A DNA stretch of 64,000 bases from Macrostomum lignano (lineage: Eukaryota). The stretch spans positions 186,001 to 250,000 of the forward strand of contig NIVC01001551.1 in NCBI GenBank assembly GCA_002269645.1. Reading direction: 5' to 3'. The notes under the pieces were generated by a model. That model was given only the letters and a program-made list of their open reading frames with translations. It had not been told where the DNA came from and did not search any database. Position numbers and translations under genes: made by a program. Below are positions 12,357 to 23,680 of the stretch, piece by piece; the stretch's first letter is position 1; every line of letters starts with the position of its first letter.

Positions 12357-13085
12357 ATCTGAGGGGGAACCGGCGCCAACTGAAGAATCTGAAGGGAAAC
12401 CGGCGCCAACTGAAGAATCTGAAGGGGAACCGGCGCCAACTGGAGAATCTGAAGGGGGAACCGGCGCTAACTGAAGAATCTGAAGGGGAGCCGGCGCCAA
12501 CTGAAGAATCTGAAGGGAAACCTGCGCCAACTGAAGAATCTGAAGGGAAACCGGCGCCAACTGAAGAATCTGAAGGGGAGCCGGCGCCAACTGAAGAATC
12601 TAAAGGGGAGCCGGCGCCAACTGAAGAATCTGAAGGGAAACCTGCGCCAACTGGAGAATCTGAAGGGGGAACCGGCGCTAACTGAAGAATCTGAAGGGGA
12701 GCCGGCGCCAACTGAAGAATCTGAAGGGAAACCGGCGCCAACTGAAGAATCTAAAGGGGAGCCGGCGCCAACTGAAGAATCTGAAGGGAAACCTGCGTCA
12801 ACTGAAGAATCTGAAGGGGAGCCGGCGCCAACTGAAGAATCTGAAGGGAAACCGGCGCCAACTGAAGAATCTGAAGGGAAACCGGCGCCAACTGAAGAAT
12901 CTAAAGGGGAGCCGGCGCCAACTGAAGAATCTGAAGGGAAACCTGCGCCAACTGAAGAATCTGAAGGGGAGCCGGCGCCAACTGAAGAATCTGAAGGGAA
13001 ACCGGCGCCAACTGAAGAATCTGAAGGGGAGCCGGCGCCAACTGAAGAATCTGAAGGGGAGCCGGCGCCAACTGAAGAATCTGAC
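12357..13085. repeat. 30-bp minisatellite (AACTGAAGAATCTGAAGGGGAGCCGGCGCC)n
   Basis: Tandem units; distantly resembles the 28-bp family. Confidence 0.95.
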
Positions 13086-13389
13086 TATGCAGAAATTCTC
13101 AATTCCATGGTTAACTATCAAGAAATAAAACAAGATAAGTATTAGAAAGTTACAAAATCCACAGCTAGACAAAATATTGTTTTGCATTTTTTATTTGAAT
13201 CACGCAAGAAAGACGGATGAAAAAGCAAATCCAACAAGTCAAGGCACTAAATTGATAGCGGGAAAGTAAAAAATCTAACATTTCAATTTGTTTGCAGCGC
13301 AATACGGAAAACATCATTTCATTGGACCGATTGGCCTGTGATTTAAACGGCACTGCACGAAAAGTTGATTCAAGCAATACTGAAGATCA

Positions 13390-14150
13390 GAAGATCTGGG
13401 AGACTGGCGGTGGCCCAGCAAATGAGCATCTGGGAGGCTGGCCCAACAACTGAGCATCTGGGAGGCTGGCCCAACAACTGAGCATCTGGGAGGCTGGCCC
13501 AACAACTGAGGATCTGGGAGGCTGGCCCAACAACTGAGCATCTGGGAGGCTGGCCCAACAACTGAGCATCTGGGAGGCTGGCCCAGCAACTGAGCATCTG
13601 GGAGGCTGGCCCAACAACTGAGCATCTGGGGGGCTGGCCCAACAACTGAGCATCTGGGAGGCTGGCCCAACAACTGAGCATCTGGGAGGCTGGCCCAACA
13701 ACTGAGCATCTGGGAGGCTGATGGCCCAGCAACTGAGCATCTGGGAGGCTGGCCCAACAACTGAGCATCTGGGGGGCTGGCCCAACAACTGAGCATCTGG
13801 GAGGCTGGCCCAACAACTGAGGATCTGGGAGGCTGGCCCAACAACTGAGGATCTGGGAGGCTGGCCCAACAACTGAGGATCTGGGAGGCTGGCCCAACAA
13901 CTGAGCATCTGGGGGGCTGGCCCAACAACTGAGCATCTGGGAGGCTGGCCCAACAACTGAGCATCTGGGAGGCTGGCCCAACAACTGAGGATCTGGGAGG
14001 CTGGCCCAACAACTGAGGATCTGGGAGGCTGGCGGTGGCACAAAAACTGAGGATCTGAGATTTTGGTCTAGCAACAGAGGATCTGAGAGGATGTTCTAGC
14101 AACAGAGGATCTGAGAGGATGTTCTAGCAACTGAGGATCTGGAAGGTTGG
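13390..14150. repeat. About 28-bp minisatellite (AACAACTGAGCATCTGGGAGGCTGGCCC)n
   Basis: Tandem units between the HINT3 stop and DTD1. Confidence 0.95.
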
Positions 14151-14346
14151 CAGTCACAGTCTGAAGATAGTCGGAGTTAGTGCGCAGGACAGTTGAAAAC
14201 CAAAGTAGTTGTTAGTGAGTTCTACGTACTTCATCTACTTTTACTTAAATTTAAAAAATGTTATTACCGCTGTATTTCAAAAGAGACTATGTACTTTTGA
14301 AAGGAGAGTATTGTAGATTTAAAAATAAATAAAAGTGTAAATATTT

Positions 14347-14418
14347 TCAAATCATCGCTTTAGTCAGGTTTTCAGTTGGTTCCGGCAGCTTCTGCAGGTG
14401 ACTGATTACGTCATTGAC
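14347..14418 (-). CDS. HINT3: HINT3-like, exon 4 of 4
   Basis: Acceptor ttttcatttcag|GTC; VNDVISHLQKLPEPTENLTKAMI*; phase 0. Confidence 0.75.
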   Translation of the reverse strand, partial: VNDVISHLQKLPEPTENLTKAMI

Positions 14419-14564
14419 CTGAAATGAAAATTTATGAAGGTGCTCATATTAAATCACATTAGATTAAACTAAATTACAGCATACGTAATTAATAATTTGA
14501 CAAGGACAAGTACATATATGAATGAAATTCAGAGCATCCGGATCTTATGTTCTAAACTTAAATC

Positions 14565-15450
14565 TAGTCTGTGGCGCTAAAATCTAACATGTGGCGCTAA
14601 AATCTAGCATGTGGCGCTAAAATCTAGTCTGTGGCGCTAAAATTTAGCATGTGGCGCTAAAATCTAGTCTGTGGCGCTAAAATCTAGCATGTGGCGCTAA
14701 AATCTAGTCTGTGGCGCTAAAATTTAGCATGTGGCGCTAAAACCTAGCATTTGGCGCTAAAATCTAGTCTGTGGCGCTAAAATCTAATTTGTGGCGCTAA
14801 AATCTAGCATGTGGCGCTAAAATCTAGTCTGTGGCGCTAAAATTTAGCATGTGGCGCTAAAATCTAGCATGTGGCGCTAAAACCTAGCATTTGGCGCTAA
14901 AATCTAGTCTGTGGCGCTAAAATCTAGCATGTGGCTATAAAATCTATTCTGTGGCGCTTAAATCTAACATGTGGCGCTAAAATCTAGCATGTGGCGCTAA
15001 AATCTAGCATGTGGCGCTAAAATCTAGCATGTGGCGCTAAAATCTAGCATGTGGCGCTAAAATCTAGCATGTGGCGCTAAAATCTAGTCTGTGGCGCTAA
15101 AATTTAGCATGTGGCGCTAAAATCTAGCATGTGGCGCTAAAATCTAGCATGTGGCGCTAAAATCTAGCATTTGGCGCTAAAACCAAGCATTTGGTGCTAA
15201 AATCTAGTCTGTGGCGCTAAAATCTAATCTGTGGCGCTAAAATCTAACATGTGGCGCTAAAATCTAACATGTGGCGCTAAAATCTAACATGTGGCGCTAA
15301 AATCTAGTCTGTGGCGCTAAAATCTAGCATGTGGCTATAAAATCTAGTCTGTGGCGCTAATGTCTAACATGTGGCGCTAAAATCTAGTCTGTGGCGCTAA
15401 AATCTAGCATGTGGCTATAAAATCTAGTCTCTGGCGCTAAAATCTAGCCT
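14565..15450. repeat. 20-bp minisatellite (GTGGCGCTAAAATCTAGCAT)n in HINT3 intron 3
   Basis: About 44 tandem units. Confidence 0.95.
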
Positions 15451-15671
15451 TACATTGACTATGGGTGATGCGGCTCATGCCATAATTTAAAACTCACAGT
15501 TTTAAAAGTTTTACCACCAGCCGTATACCTATGACTGCGGACCCGACTGGCTGGGGACAGCACGTGCAAATGCAAATGATTCACTGAATTAAACGGAGGC
15601 CAGTGGAAACCGCATCTGTGAAGAGGGGAGGCGGGTTAAAGAATAAATTATAGTTCTCGGTATGAACTTAC

Positions 15672-15798
15672 GGACACAAACCACGGTGACTTGGAGCCGT
15701 ATTTGAGCTCGGCTAAGCAGCCCATGCTACTGACTGGGCTAATGAGGTGCAGGTGCAGGTGGCTCACGGAAGTGAATGGCGGCCAATGGAACCCAATC
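15672..15798 (-). CDS. HINT3: HINT3-like, exon 3 of 4 (histidine triad)
   Basis: ttgtag|G ATT GGG; RIGFHWPPFTSVSHLHLHLISP...PWFVS|GTAAGT; HIT motif HLHLH and the GFHxPPF signature of HINT3. Confidence 0.9.
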
Positions 15799-15877
15799 CT
15801 ACAAGTGAATTGGAGCTCCATTGAAGATGCTTGCCTCCGGTAGCTGCTACCACCCATTCTTCAGGGTGAGTTGTCGA

Positions 15878-17570
15878 TGCCCCTGATTCCTCAGTCAGTT
15901 GCTCTCCCCCTGATTCCTCAGCCAGTTGCTTTCCCCCTGATTCTTCAGGCAGCTGCTCTCCCCACCCCTGATTCTTCAGGCAGCTGCTCTCCCCTCCCCC
16001 TGATTCTTCAGGCAGCTGCTCTCCCCACCCCTGATTCTTCAGGCAGATGCTCTCCCCACCCCTGATTCTTCAGGCAGATGCTCTCCTCACCCCCTGATTC
16101 TTCAGGCAGCTGCTCTCCCCTCCCCCTGATTCTTCAGGCAGATGCTCTCCCCACCCCTGATTCTTCAGGCAGATGCTCTCCCCACCCCTGATTCTTCAGG
16201 CAGCTGCTCTCCCCTCCCCCTGATTCTTCAGGCAGCTGCTCTCCCCACCCCTGATTCTTCAGGCAGCTGCTCTCCCCTCCCCCTGATTCTTCAGGCAGCT
16301 GCTCTCCCCACCCCCTGATTCTTCAGGCAGCTGCTCTCCCCACCCCCTGATTCTTCAGGCAGCTGTTCTCCCCTCCCCCTGATTCTTCAGGCAGCTGCTC
16401 TCCCCTCCCCCTGATTCTTCAGGCAGCTGCTCTCCCCTCCCCCTGATTCTTCAGGCAGATGCTCTCCCCTCCCCCTGATTCTTCAGGCAGATGCTCTCCT
16501 CACCCACTGATTCTTCAGGCAGCTGCTCTCCCCTCCCCTGGTTCTTCAGGCAGTTGCTCTCCTCACCCACTGATTCTTCAGGCAGCTGCTCTCCCCTCCC
16601 CCTGATTCTTCAGGCAGCTGCTCTCCCCTCCCCCTGATTCTTCAGGCAGATGCTCTCCCCTCCCCCTGATTCTTCAGGCAGATGCTCTCCTCACCCACTG
16701 ATTCTTCAGGCAGCTGCTCTCCTCACCCACTGATTCTTCAGGCAGCTGCTCTCCCCTCCCCCTGGTTCTTCAGGCAGCTGCTCTCTCCTCCCCTGGTTCT
16801 TCAGGCAGCTGCTCTCCCCACCCCTGATTCTTCAGGCAGCTGCTCTCCTCACCCACTGATTCTTCAGGCAGCTGCTCTCTCCTCCCCCTGATTCTTCAGG
16901 CAGCTGCTCTCTCCTCCCCTGGTTCTTCAGGCAGTTGCTCTTCTCACCCACTGATTCTTCAGGCAGCTGCTCTCCCCACCCCTGATTCTTCAGGCAGTTG
17001 CTCTCCCCTCCCCCTGATTCTTCAGGCAGATGCTCTCCTCACCCACTGATTCTTCAGGCAGATGCTCTCCCCTCCCCCTGATTCTTCAGGCAGCTGCTCT
17101 CCCCTCCCCCTGATTCTTCAGGCAGCTGCTCTCCCCTCCCCCTGATTCTTCAGGCAGCTGCTCTCCCCTCCCCCTGATTCTTCAGGCAGATGCTCTCCTC
17201 ACCCACTGATTCTTCAGGCAGCTGCTCTCCCCTCCCCCTGGTACTTCAGGCAGTTGCTCTCCTCACCCACTGATTCTTCAGGCAGCTGCTCTCTCCTCCC
17301 CTGGTTCTTCAGGCAGCTGCTCTCCCCACCCCTGATTCTTCAGGCAGCTGCTCTCCTCACCCACTGATTCTTCAGGCAGCTGCTCTCTCCTCCCCCTGAT
17401 TCTTCAGGCAGCTGCTCTCTCCTCCCCTGGTTCTTCAGGCAGTTGCTCTTCTCACCCACTGATTCTTCAGGCAGCTGCTCTCCCCTCCCCTGATTCTTCA
17501 GGCAGCTGCTCTCCCCTCCCCCTGATTCTTCAGGCAGCTGCTCTCCCCTCCCCCTGATTCTTCAGGCAGC
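15878..17570. repeat. About 33-bp minisatellite (CCTGATTCTTCAGGCAGCTGCTCTCCCCTCCC)n in HINT3 intron 2
   Basis: About 50 tandem units. Confidence 0.95.
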
Positions 17571-17676
17571 TAATCTCTCTCTACTCATAAACTTTACTGG
17601 ATGATTTATCATAATGTTAGTGGTTGAATGGTTGATTGACAACTAAGGTTAAAGTATTTATGCAGCTGACACTTGC

Positions 17677-17861
17677 CTGGCATGTTGTACATTAGCACCA
17701 AGCCTAGACAATGCCTCCAAACCAGAGGTTTCCAATAGTTTCACAAGCTCAATATCATTCTTTGTCAGTTGCTTGCAGTCTTTGATATGGATGACTGGAC
17801 AAGACAATAGGTGGTAAGTTGCAGCTGGACAAATATCGTGGAAGACTATCACTTGATCTGT
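17677..17861 (-). CDS. HINT3: HINT3-like, exon 2 of 4 (ends at a GC donor)
   Basis: ttactttccag|ACA; TDQVIVFHDICPAATYHLLSCPVIHIKDCKQL...HAR; AG|GCAAGT donor; phase 2 matches exon 3. Confidence 0.85.
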
Positions 17862-18258
17862 CTGGAAAGTAAGAAATATTTTTAAATCATTTTATTTCAT
17901 AATAATTTATGTGGCATAAAAATATTTAAAAGATAAATATTGAAATTTATAACCTTTTTAGCTTTTATAAACAAAATATACTATGTTTTTTATAATTTTC
18001 AATAGTAATAGCTTTTTTAAAAACAAAATTGGAATAATTTGGTATTTTTAGGTCATCTAGGTCATCTTAGGTTTAAAAAAGCTATATTTGCTTTGTTTTA
18101 AATGTTTTTGCTTAGGATTGGATAGATAAAAATCTTTTTTATCCTTGATCTCTAACCTTTCGCCTTCAGTGGGTTGTTCTCCCTTTCTCATTTTTTAGTT
18201 TTTTCTAGTTTGAAAAACTATGCCAGTCTAGTGACCAGGCTGGGATATTATAAGCATT

Positions 18259-18813
18259 CCACAGCCAGGAAGACGGTAGAATCCTCGGAATTTTCCGGCG
18301 CAAATCAGCAATTTGCCGGCGCACGGCGCACACTTCACTGCGCCGCGCGCATGGGCTCGGCGCATCGGCGCATGGCTCGGTGCATCGGTGCATGGCTCGG
18401 CGCATGGCGCACAAGGTACGTCAGTGTACGTGACAATATAATAATGATATTGTATATTAAATGTCAATCAATCAATAAAATAAACGATAGTCGATACGAT
18501 AGTCGTTATTTCCAATGTTGTTTCTATTTCAAATTTCATTAATCGACTTAACAAACTTAACAAATTTGCGCCTTTCGCGGCTTTTGTTGCGTCTTTTTGC
18601 TTATATTTTGCAAATAGAAGCTATGATTGAACTGCTTGAACTTCCATTGGTATTGATTCAATTTAGATACTTAATACTTGATGGTGCTTTTTTAAGTGTA
18701 TTTTTCTCAGCGCATGGCGCACAAGTAATTTTTTTTTCTCGGCGCACGCGGCGCACAACAAAAATTTTGATGGATGTTATTCCGGCGCACACGCTGCACC
18801 TTCCTGACCATGG
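18259..18813. mobile_element. hAT-like MITE, 555 bp, in HINT3 intron 1
   Basis: TIRs CCACAGCCAGGAAG / CCATGGTCAGGAAG (11/14); 8-bp TSD TAAGCATT at 18251-18258 and 18814-18821; many subterminal GGCGCA motifs. Confidence 0.75.
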
Positions 18814-18988
18814 TAAGCATTTATATATCTATAATCTAGACTAGACCATATATTAATTAAGATAAATAAATAAATAAAACTAAAGCTATGATATAATATA
18901 GGTCTAAGACTAAAATAAGCAAATAATGGATAGGCTTAAAGTTTTAATATATACTCAGACAGCCAAGCAAAATAATCATATAACTTAC

Positions 18989-19081
18989 TTGAAGAACAAT
19001 GTCAGATTGCTGTCTTTTATGATCAACTATATCACAAAAGGTACAGTTCCTGCGCTTTTGATGCTCTTTAGGCTTGGGCAT
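18989..19081 (-). CDS. HINT3: HINT3-like, exon 1 of 4
   Basis: MPKPKEHQKRRNCTFCDIVDHKRQQSDIVLQ|GTAAGT; CxFC motif of HIT proteins; the four exons total 477 nt = 158 aa. Confidence 0.85.
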
Positions 19082-19648
19082 TCACAATTATCTCTGTTAA
19101 TAGGCGTTCGTATAAAAAGTTGCTAATTTTGGTTAAGGTTGCAGCTTGCTAAATAATAAACTGATTCCCTTATATAACTGCTGCGCCGCTATATGCCTAT
19201 ATACTTACTGTTGCGTACGGCTAAATATATGACTGTAATTTTGCAAAATATGACGTAAGACGAAAAATTTTAGTTTACATTGCAATTGTCTCCCATCCAC
19301 TAATTTTTAAACCATCAATCTTTATTTCTACAATAATGGGCTCAATATTTTGACTTTTCAAAGCTGGAGAGAACTATGTGTATTTTTTGTATTATCAACA
19401 TCTAAATGTTTGTTAAAGTTAAATACATAAATTCAGAAAGTTCCCGTAGCCAAGCATATAATCGATCGATTCAAGTAGCTCATCGTATATTTTATTCAAT
19501 ATTTAACGGCACACCAGACACCAAAGTCAAAAAAGTAAGCTCAAAAAAAAAAATTGATACTTGCATACATCTCTAGAACATGCAGTTATACATCCGATTA
19601 TGTGCAATTATGAAATTTTCATTCAAACAAGAATTCTAAGACTAAAAG

Positions 19649-21475
19649 TTATACAATCCGATCAATGAAATTCGTATTCAGCAAGTAGTGCTCATAACAA
19701 CATGGTCGTATCAAGCCACTATCCGACTTTTGCGGCCTTGAGAACGGATTTCGGTGCCACTTCCACGCCCTAAAGCCAAGGTCAAAGATGCCCAGAAGAA
19801 TGCGAATATATCGATCATATTTAGATTTTCTTCGAAAAAAGCCATCCGTATGAGTCTCAAAAAGAAACTGCTTCACTCTCGTCAGGCAGCCGTCCTGCAA
19901 AGCTTGCTCAAACGCAGCCCACTCCCAATATTCGACGTCAACTTTTAGAATATCTATTGTTCCATTTCCGGGCACAAGTTCTTGGAACAGATCACATAGA
20001 GTGCGCATCTTCCAGCCTTCCGGTGATGTCTTGTTGCTGAATGACAACCCTGATCGATAAAACCACGATGTCTTCCGACGCTTGTGATCATTCACTTTGG
20101 ACATACTCGGATCGAACATGAACACTCGGCAGTGAAATTTGTCGGCTAGCTCGTCATCGTACTTCCACATGTAGTTGATTCCAAAGGAAAACGCGGTGCA
20201 CTGCTTCGCTGAATCAATGCTGAACGGCTCACTGAAGCAGACATCCCAGCCACCATCGTTTTCTTCGCCGATCCGTCTGCTGTAAGGACAGAAAAGATGC
20301 TGCTGCTCCACCAGCTGAAAGTACAGGTGATCGAGTTGAGCTGGAGACATTGTGGTCAGGTTTGCTTGACGTACAGTCATCAGTTGGTCGAAGCCGGGGC
20401 TTCGGGAAATCGGGAGATTCTTTAATGGAAGGTCGATCGTACTTTTAATTCTGTTTCTGAGTTGATGATTAACAGTAGTATTATGCAGGAAGTTGATGTT
20501 GATGTAGCTGACGCTGATACCGGATGCGGTATCTAGTCGCATATTCCACTGTCGGAATCCAGCATTGTGCAGGCCAATCAGAGCAAGGATGCTACGAATG
20601 AGCTCTTTATTAGTCAGGGAACCTTTCCTGTTAGAGCTAATAGTCAGCACAAGCTGCTTCGTCAACACCAATGAACCATCGTTGGCAGCTGCCTCAAGTG
20701 ATAACCAATCTTCTGGCCCGACATTAACCTTCAGCACGTCGATGACAGTTTGCTTGGCTTTGAATCGCTTCAGGTAGCCCTGATAGCTGTCAGATCTGAC
20801 ATTTCCTGCAGTCTGTGCGGCACTCAGGCCCTCCTTCAGAAGTATCACCTGGCTGCTGTGCATGTGGCTCGGCTGTTTCATCGTCGGGTCGAACACCAGC
20901 GCGTAGCAGCCGTGGCCGGCGGACAGATCCTCTTCGAAGCGCAATGAGGAGGACGCGCTGCCACCGAATGAGAAGCTGTAGCACGGCCGGCTGGGCTGGA
21001 ACGGGCCCACCGTGCACAAGCCGTGGCCAGCGCGTCTCCGATCAGCGACTGCTATTCGACGTCCGAATCGGCTGCTGATAGAGCAGTGCGCTGTCGGCCG
21101 CGTCACAATCTGCTCTAATTGAACTTCTAAGGTCTCCAATGCCATGCTGAACAGCCTGTGGTCTTCTAGCAGATTCGGGAACTGCTGGGTCGTCACGGAT
21201 ATGTTTCCGTTAGGCAGGCGGTACAGCACAGTCGATCCATCATGGCTAAGCACGGACTCAATGATCTTGTCTCTATGGGCATTGCTGACTGTCTCAGAGT
21301 GCTCTGGCTGAGCTACTCTGCGCTGAAGCTTCAAGGTCAGAATAGTTGTCAGAAGCAGACTAACAAAAATAATCGCTGCTGTTCTTTGTCGGGACAGCTT
21401 TCTCAGGCAGGCGCATTGCAGTAAGACTGACAGCGACTGAAGCTGAAACGTTTTCTTGCTGTATCGGTTTCTCAT
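19649..21475 (-). CDS. METTL24/Methyltransf_22(FkbM)-like protein, 608 aa, N-terminal membrane anchor, degenerate plus intact tandem domains, intronless CDS
   Basis: TM segment AAIIFVSLLLTTILTL. The second domain has RIGEENDGGWDVC, FSFGIN, FDPS, IDILKVDVEYWEW and QFLFETH. The first has CYSFSFGG, FDPT and IDVLKVNV. Confidence 0.85.
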   Translation of the reverse strand: MRNRYSKKTFQLQSLSVLLQCACLRKLSRQRTAAIIFVSLLLTTILTLKLQRRVAQPEHSETVSNAHRDKIIESVLSHDGSTVLYRLPNGNISVTTQQFPNLLEDHRLFSMALETLEVQLEQIVTRPTAHCSISSRFGRRIAVADRRRAGHGLCTVGPFQPSRPCYSFSFGGSASSSLRFEEDLSAGHGCYALVFDPTMKQPSHMHSSQVILLKEGLSAAQTAGNVRSDSYQGYLKRFKAKQTVIDVLKVNVGPEDWLSLEAAANDGSLVLTKQLVLTISSNRKGSLTNKELIRSILALIGLHNAGFRQWNMRLDTASGISVSYININFLHNTTVNHQLRNRIKSTIDLPLKNLPISRSPGFDQLMTVRQANLTTMSPAQLDHLYFQLVEQQHLFCPYSRRIGEENDGGWDVCFSEPFSIDSAKQCTAFSFGINYMWKYDDELADKFHCRVFMFDPSMSKVNDHKRRKTSWFYRSGLSFSNKTSPEGWKMRTLCDLFQELVPGNGTIDILKVDVEYWEWAAFEQALQDGCLTRVKQFLFETHTDGFFRRKSKYDRYIRILLGIFDLGFRAWKWHRNPFSRPQKSDSGLIRPCCYEHYLLNTNFIDRIV

Positions 21476-21783
21476 TGCAGTATAGTATAGAATTCTTAAT
21501 TATGTCTCCCTCTTTCAAGAATGTTCGGCACAAGCTGTATATAATTAACCTGCCGTCAGCATTGAACAGGAAGTTCAAGCTGGAGCCAATTTCTGATATG
21601 CTGACCTTGTCCTAGTTTTGTGCCCCTACATTATAAAACCTACTGCATGCGAAGATAGTATTAATTCTCTTGCAGTCCTGCCTCTAAAGCCCCTAAACAA
21701 TATCTACATGTAAAAGCTGCCCGCAAACTGCCATATGGTTGCTGTATACTGACTAAAATAGTTACTTATTATTATACACTTAC

Positions 21784-21806
21784 ACGAAAGGTCAATTCAG
21801 GCAATA
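21784..21806 (-). other. Putative 23-nt non-coding (5' UTR) micro-exon of the methyltransferase-like gene
   Basis: gagcttcag|TATTGCCTGAATTGACCTTTCGT|GTAAGT; a 19/23 identical copy lies at 13357-13379. Confidence 0.45.
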
Positions 21807-21824
21807 CTGAAGCTCATACAAAAA

Positions 21825-22115
21825 ATCTGGGAGGCTGGCCCATGCAGCAACTGAGGATCTGGGAGGCTGGCCCATGCAGCAACTGAGGATCTGGGAGGCT
21901 GGCCCATGCAGCAACTGAGGATCTGGGAGGCTGGCCCAGCAACTGAGGATCTGGGAGGCTGGCCCATGCAGCAACTGAGGATCTGGGAGGCTGGCCCAGC
22001 AACTGAGGATCTCTGAGGCTGGCCTAGCAACTGACATCTGGGAGGCTGGCCCAGCAACTGAGGATCTGAGAGGCTGGCCCAGAAACTGAGGATCTGGGTG
22101 GCTGGCCCAGGAACT
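21825..22115. repeat. Third array of the 28-32-bp ACTGAGGATCTGGGAGGCTGGCCC family
   Basis: Shared unit core with the arrays at 11110-11960 and 13390-14150. Confidence 0.9.
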
Positions 22116-22624
22116 GAGATTATTTTCTCTGTGTATTTTCCTTGTATTTCTATTCTCAGTAGAGTATCAAATAAAAGTTCAGTATAATTTATACCACTTA
22201 TTGTTGTTGATTGTACACTGTATTTTAATTTATCTATTTGTTAGTTTTAGTACACTGTATTCTGTTGCGGTTCAGCCAAGTAAATATAAATATAATGGAG
22301 ATGTCTATAGCTCACAGCTCACTTAATGTCTTCTCAAGTACAACGGCAACTGCAATACACAACAGTGGTCACGATTATAATCTCATTATGCTCTTAAACC
22401 TTATCAACAACTTAAACTTCCTTTTACGAAATGCTAGAGTTAATTATCTGCAATGTCCCCCTACACTATTGATAGTAGACGCAAGAGAGAAAGTAAACTT
22501 GCATTTGTTCGTAAATGCAGAATATGAACAACCCAAGAGAGATAGGAAGTGCTCGGTCTTTGAGAACTAAATTGACAATCTCTCTGAGCTTTTGAATCGC
22601 AAATGAAGCAAGAAAATGTAAATG

Positions 22625-23680
22625 ACCTTTCTACACTCCCTGGCGCCTTTCTACATTTTCTTGGCGCTTTTATACATTATCTGGCGCCTTTTTACACACC
22701 TTGGTGCCTTTCTACATAAACTGGCGCCTTCTACACTCCTTGGCGCCTTTTTACATTCCCTGGCGCCTTTCTACACAACTTGGCGCCTTTCTACACTCCT
22801 TGGCGCCTTTCTACACTCCTTGGCGCCTTTCTACACTCCTTGGCGCCTTTCTACACTCTGGTACCTTTCTACATTCCCTGGCGCCTTTCTACACACCTTG
22901 GCGCCTTTCTACACCCCTTGACACCTTTCTACACTCCTTGGCGCCTTTCTACACTCCTTGGCGCCTTTCTACACTCCTTGGCGCCTTTCTACACTCCTTG
23001 ACGCCTTTCTACACTCCTTGGCGCCTTTCTACACTCCTTGACGCCTTTCTACACTCCTTGACGCCTTTCTACACTCCTTGACGCCTTTCTACACTCCTTG
23101 ACGTTTTTCTACACTCCTTGGCGCCTTTCTACACTCCTTGACGCCTTTCTACACTCCTTGACGCCTTTCTACACTCCTTGACGCCTTTCTACACTCCTTG
23201 GCGCCTTTCTACACTCCTTGGCGCCTTTCTACAATCCTTGGCGCCTTTCTACACTCCTTGGCGCCTTTCTACACTCCTTGGCGCCTTTCTACACTCCTTG
23301 ACGCCGTTCTACACTCCTTGGCGCCTTTCTACACACCCTGGCGCTTTTCTACATTCACTGGCACCTTTCTACACAACTTGGCGCCTTTCTACACTCTGGT
23401 ACCTTTCTACATTCCCTGGCGCCTTTCTACATTCCCTGGCGCCTTTCTACATTCACTGGCACCTTTCTACACAACTTGGCGCCTTTCTACACTCCTTGGC
23501 GCCTTTCTACACTCCTTGACGCCTTTCTACACTCCTTGGCGCCTTTCTACACTCCTTGACGCCTTTCTACACTCCTTGGCGCCTTTCTACACACCTTGGC
23601 GCCTTTCTACACACCTTGGCGCCCTTCTACATTCCCTGGAATCTTTCTCCATTCCTTGGTGCGTTTCTACATCCCCTGGC
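22625..23680. repeat. 20-bp minisatellite (GGCGCCTTTCTACACTCCTT)n
   Basis: About 50 units. Confidence 0.95.

Noticed and set aside
1-23680. CRISPR-like look of the 20-33-bp arrays
   Set aside because: Units are contiguous with no unique spacers, there are no cas genes, and the context is eukaryotic.
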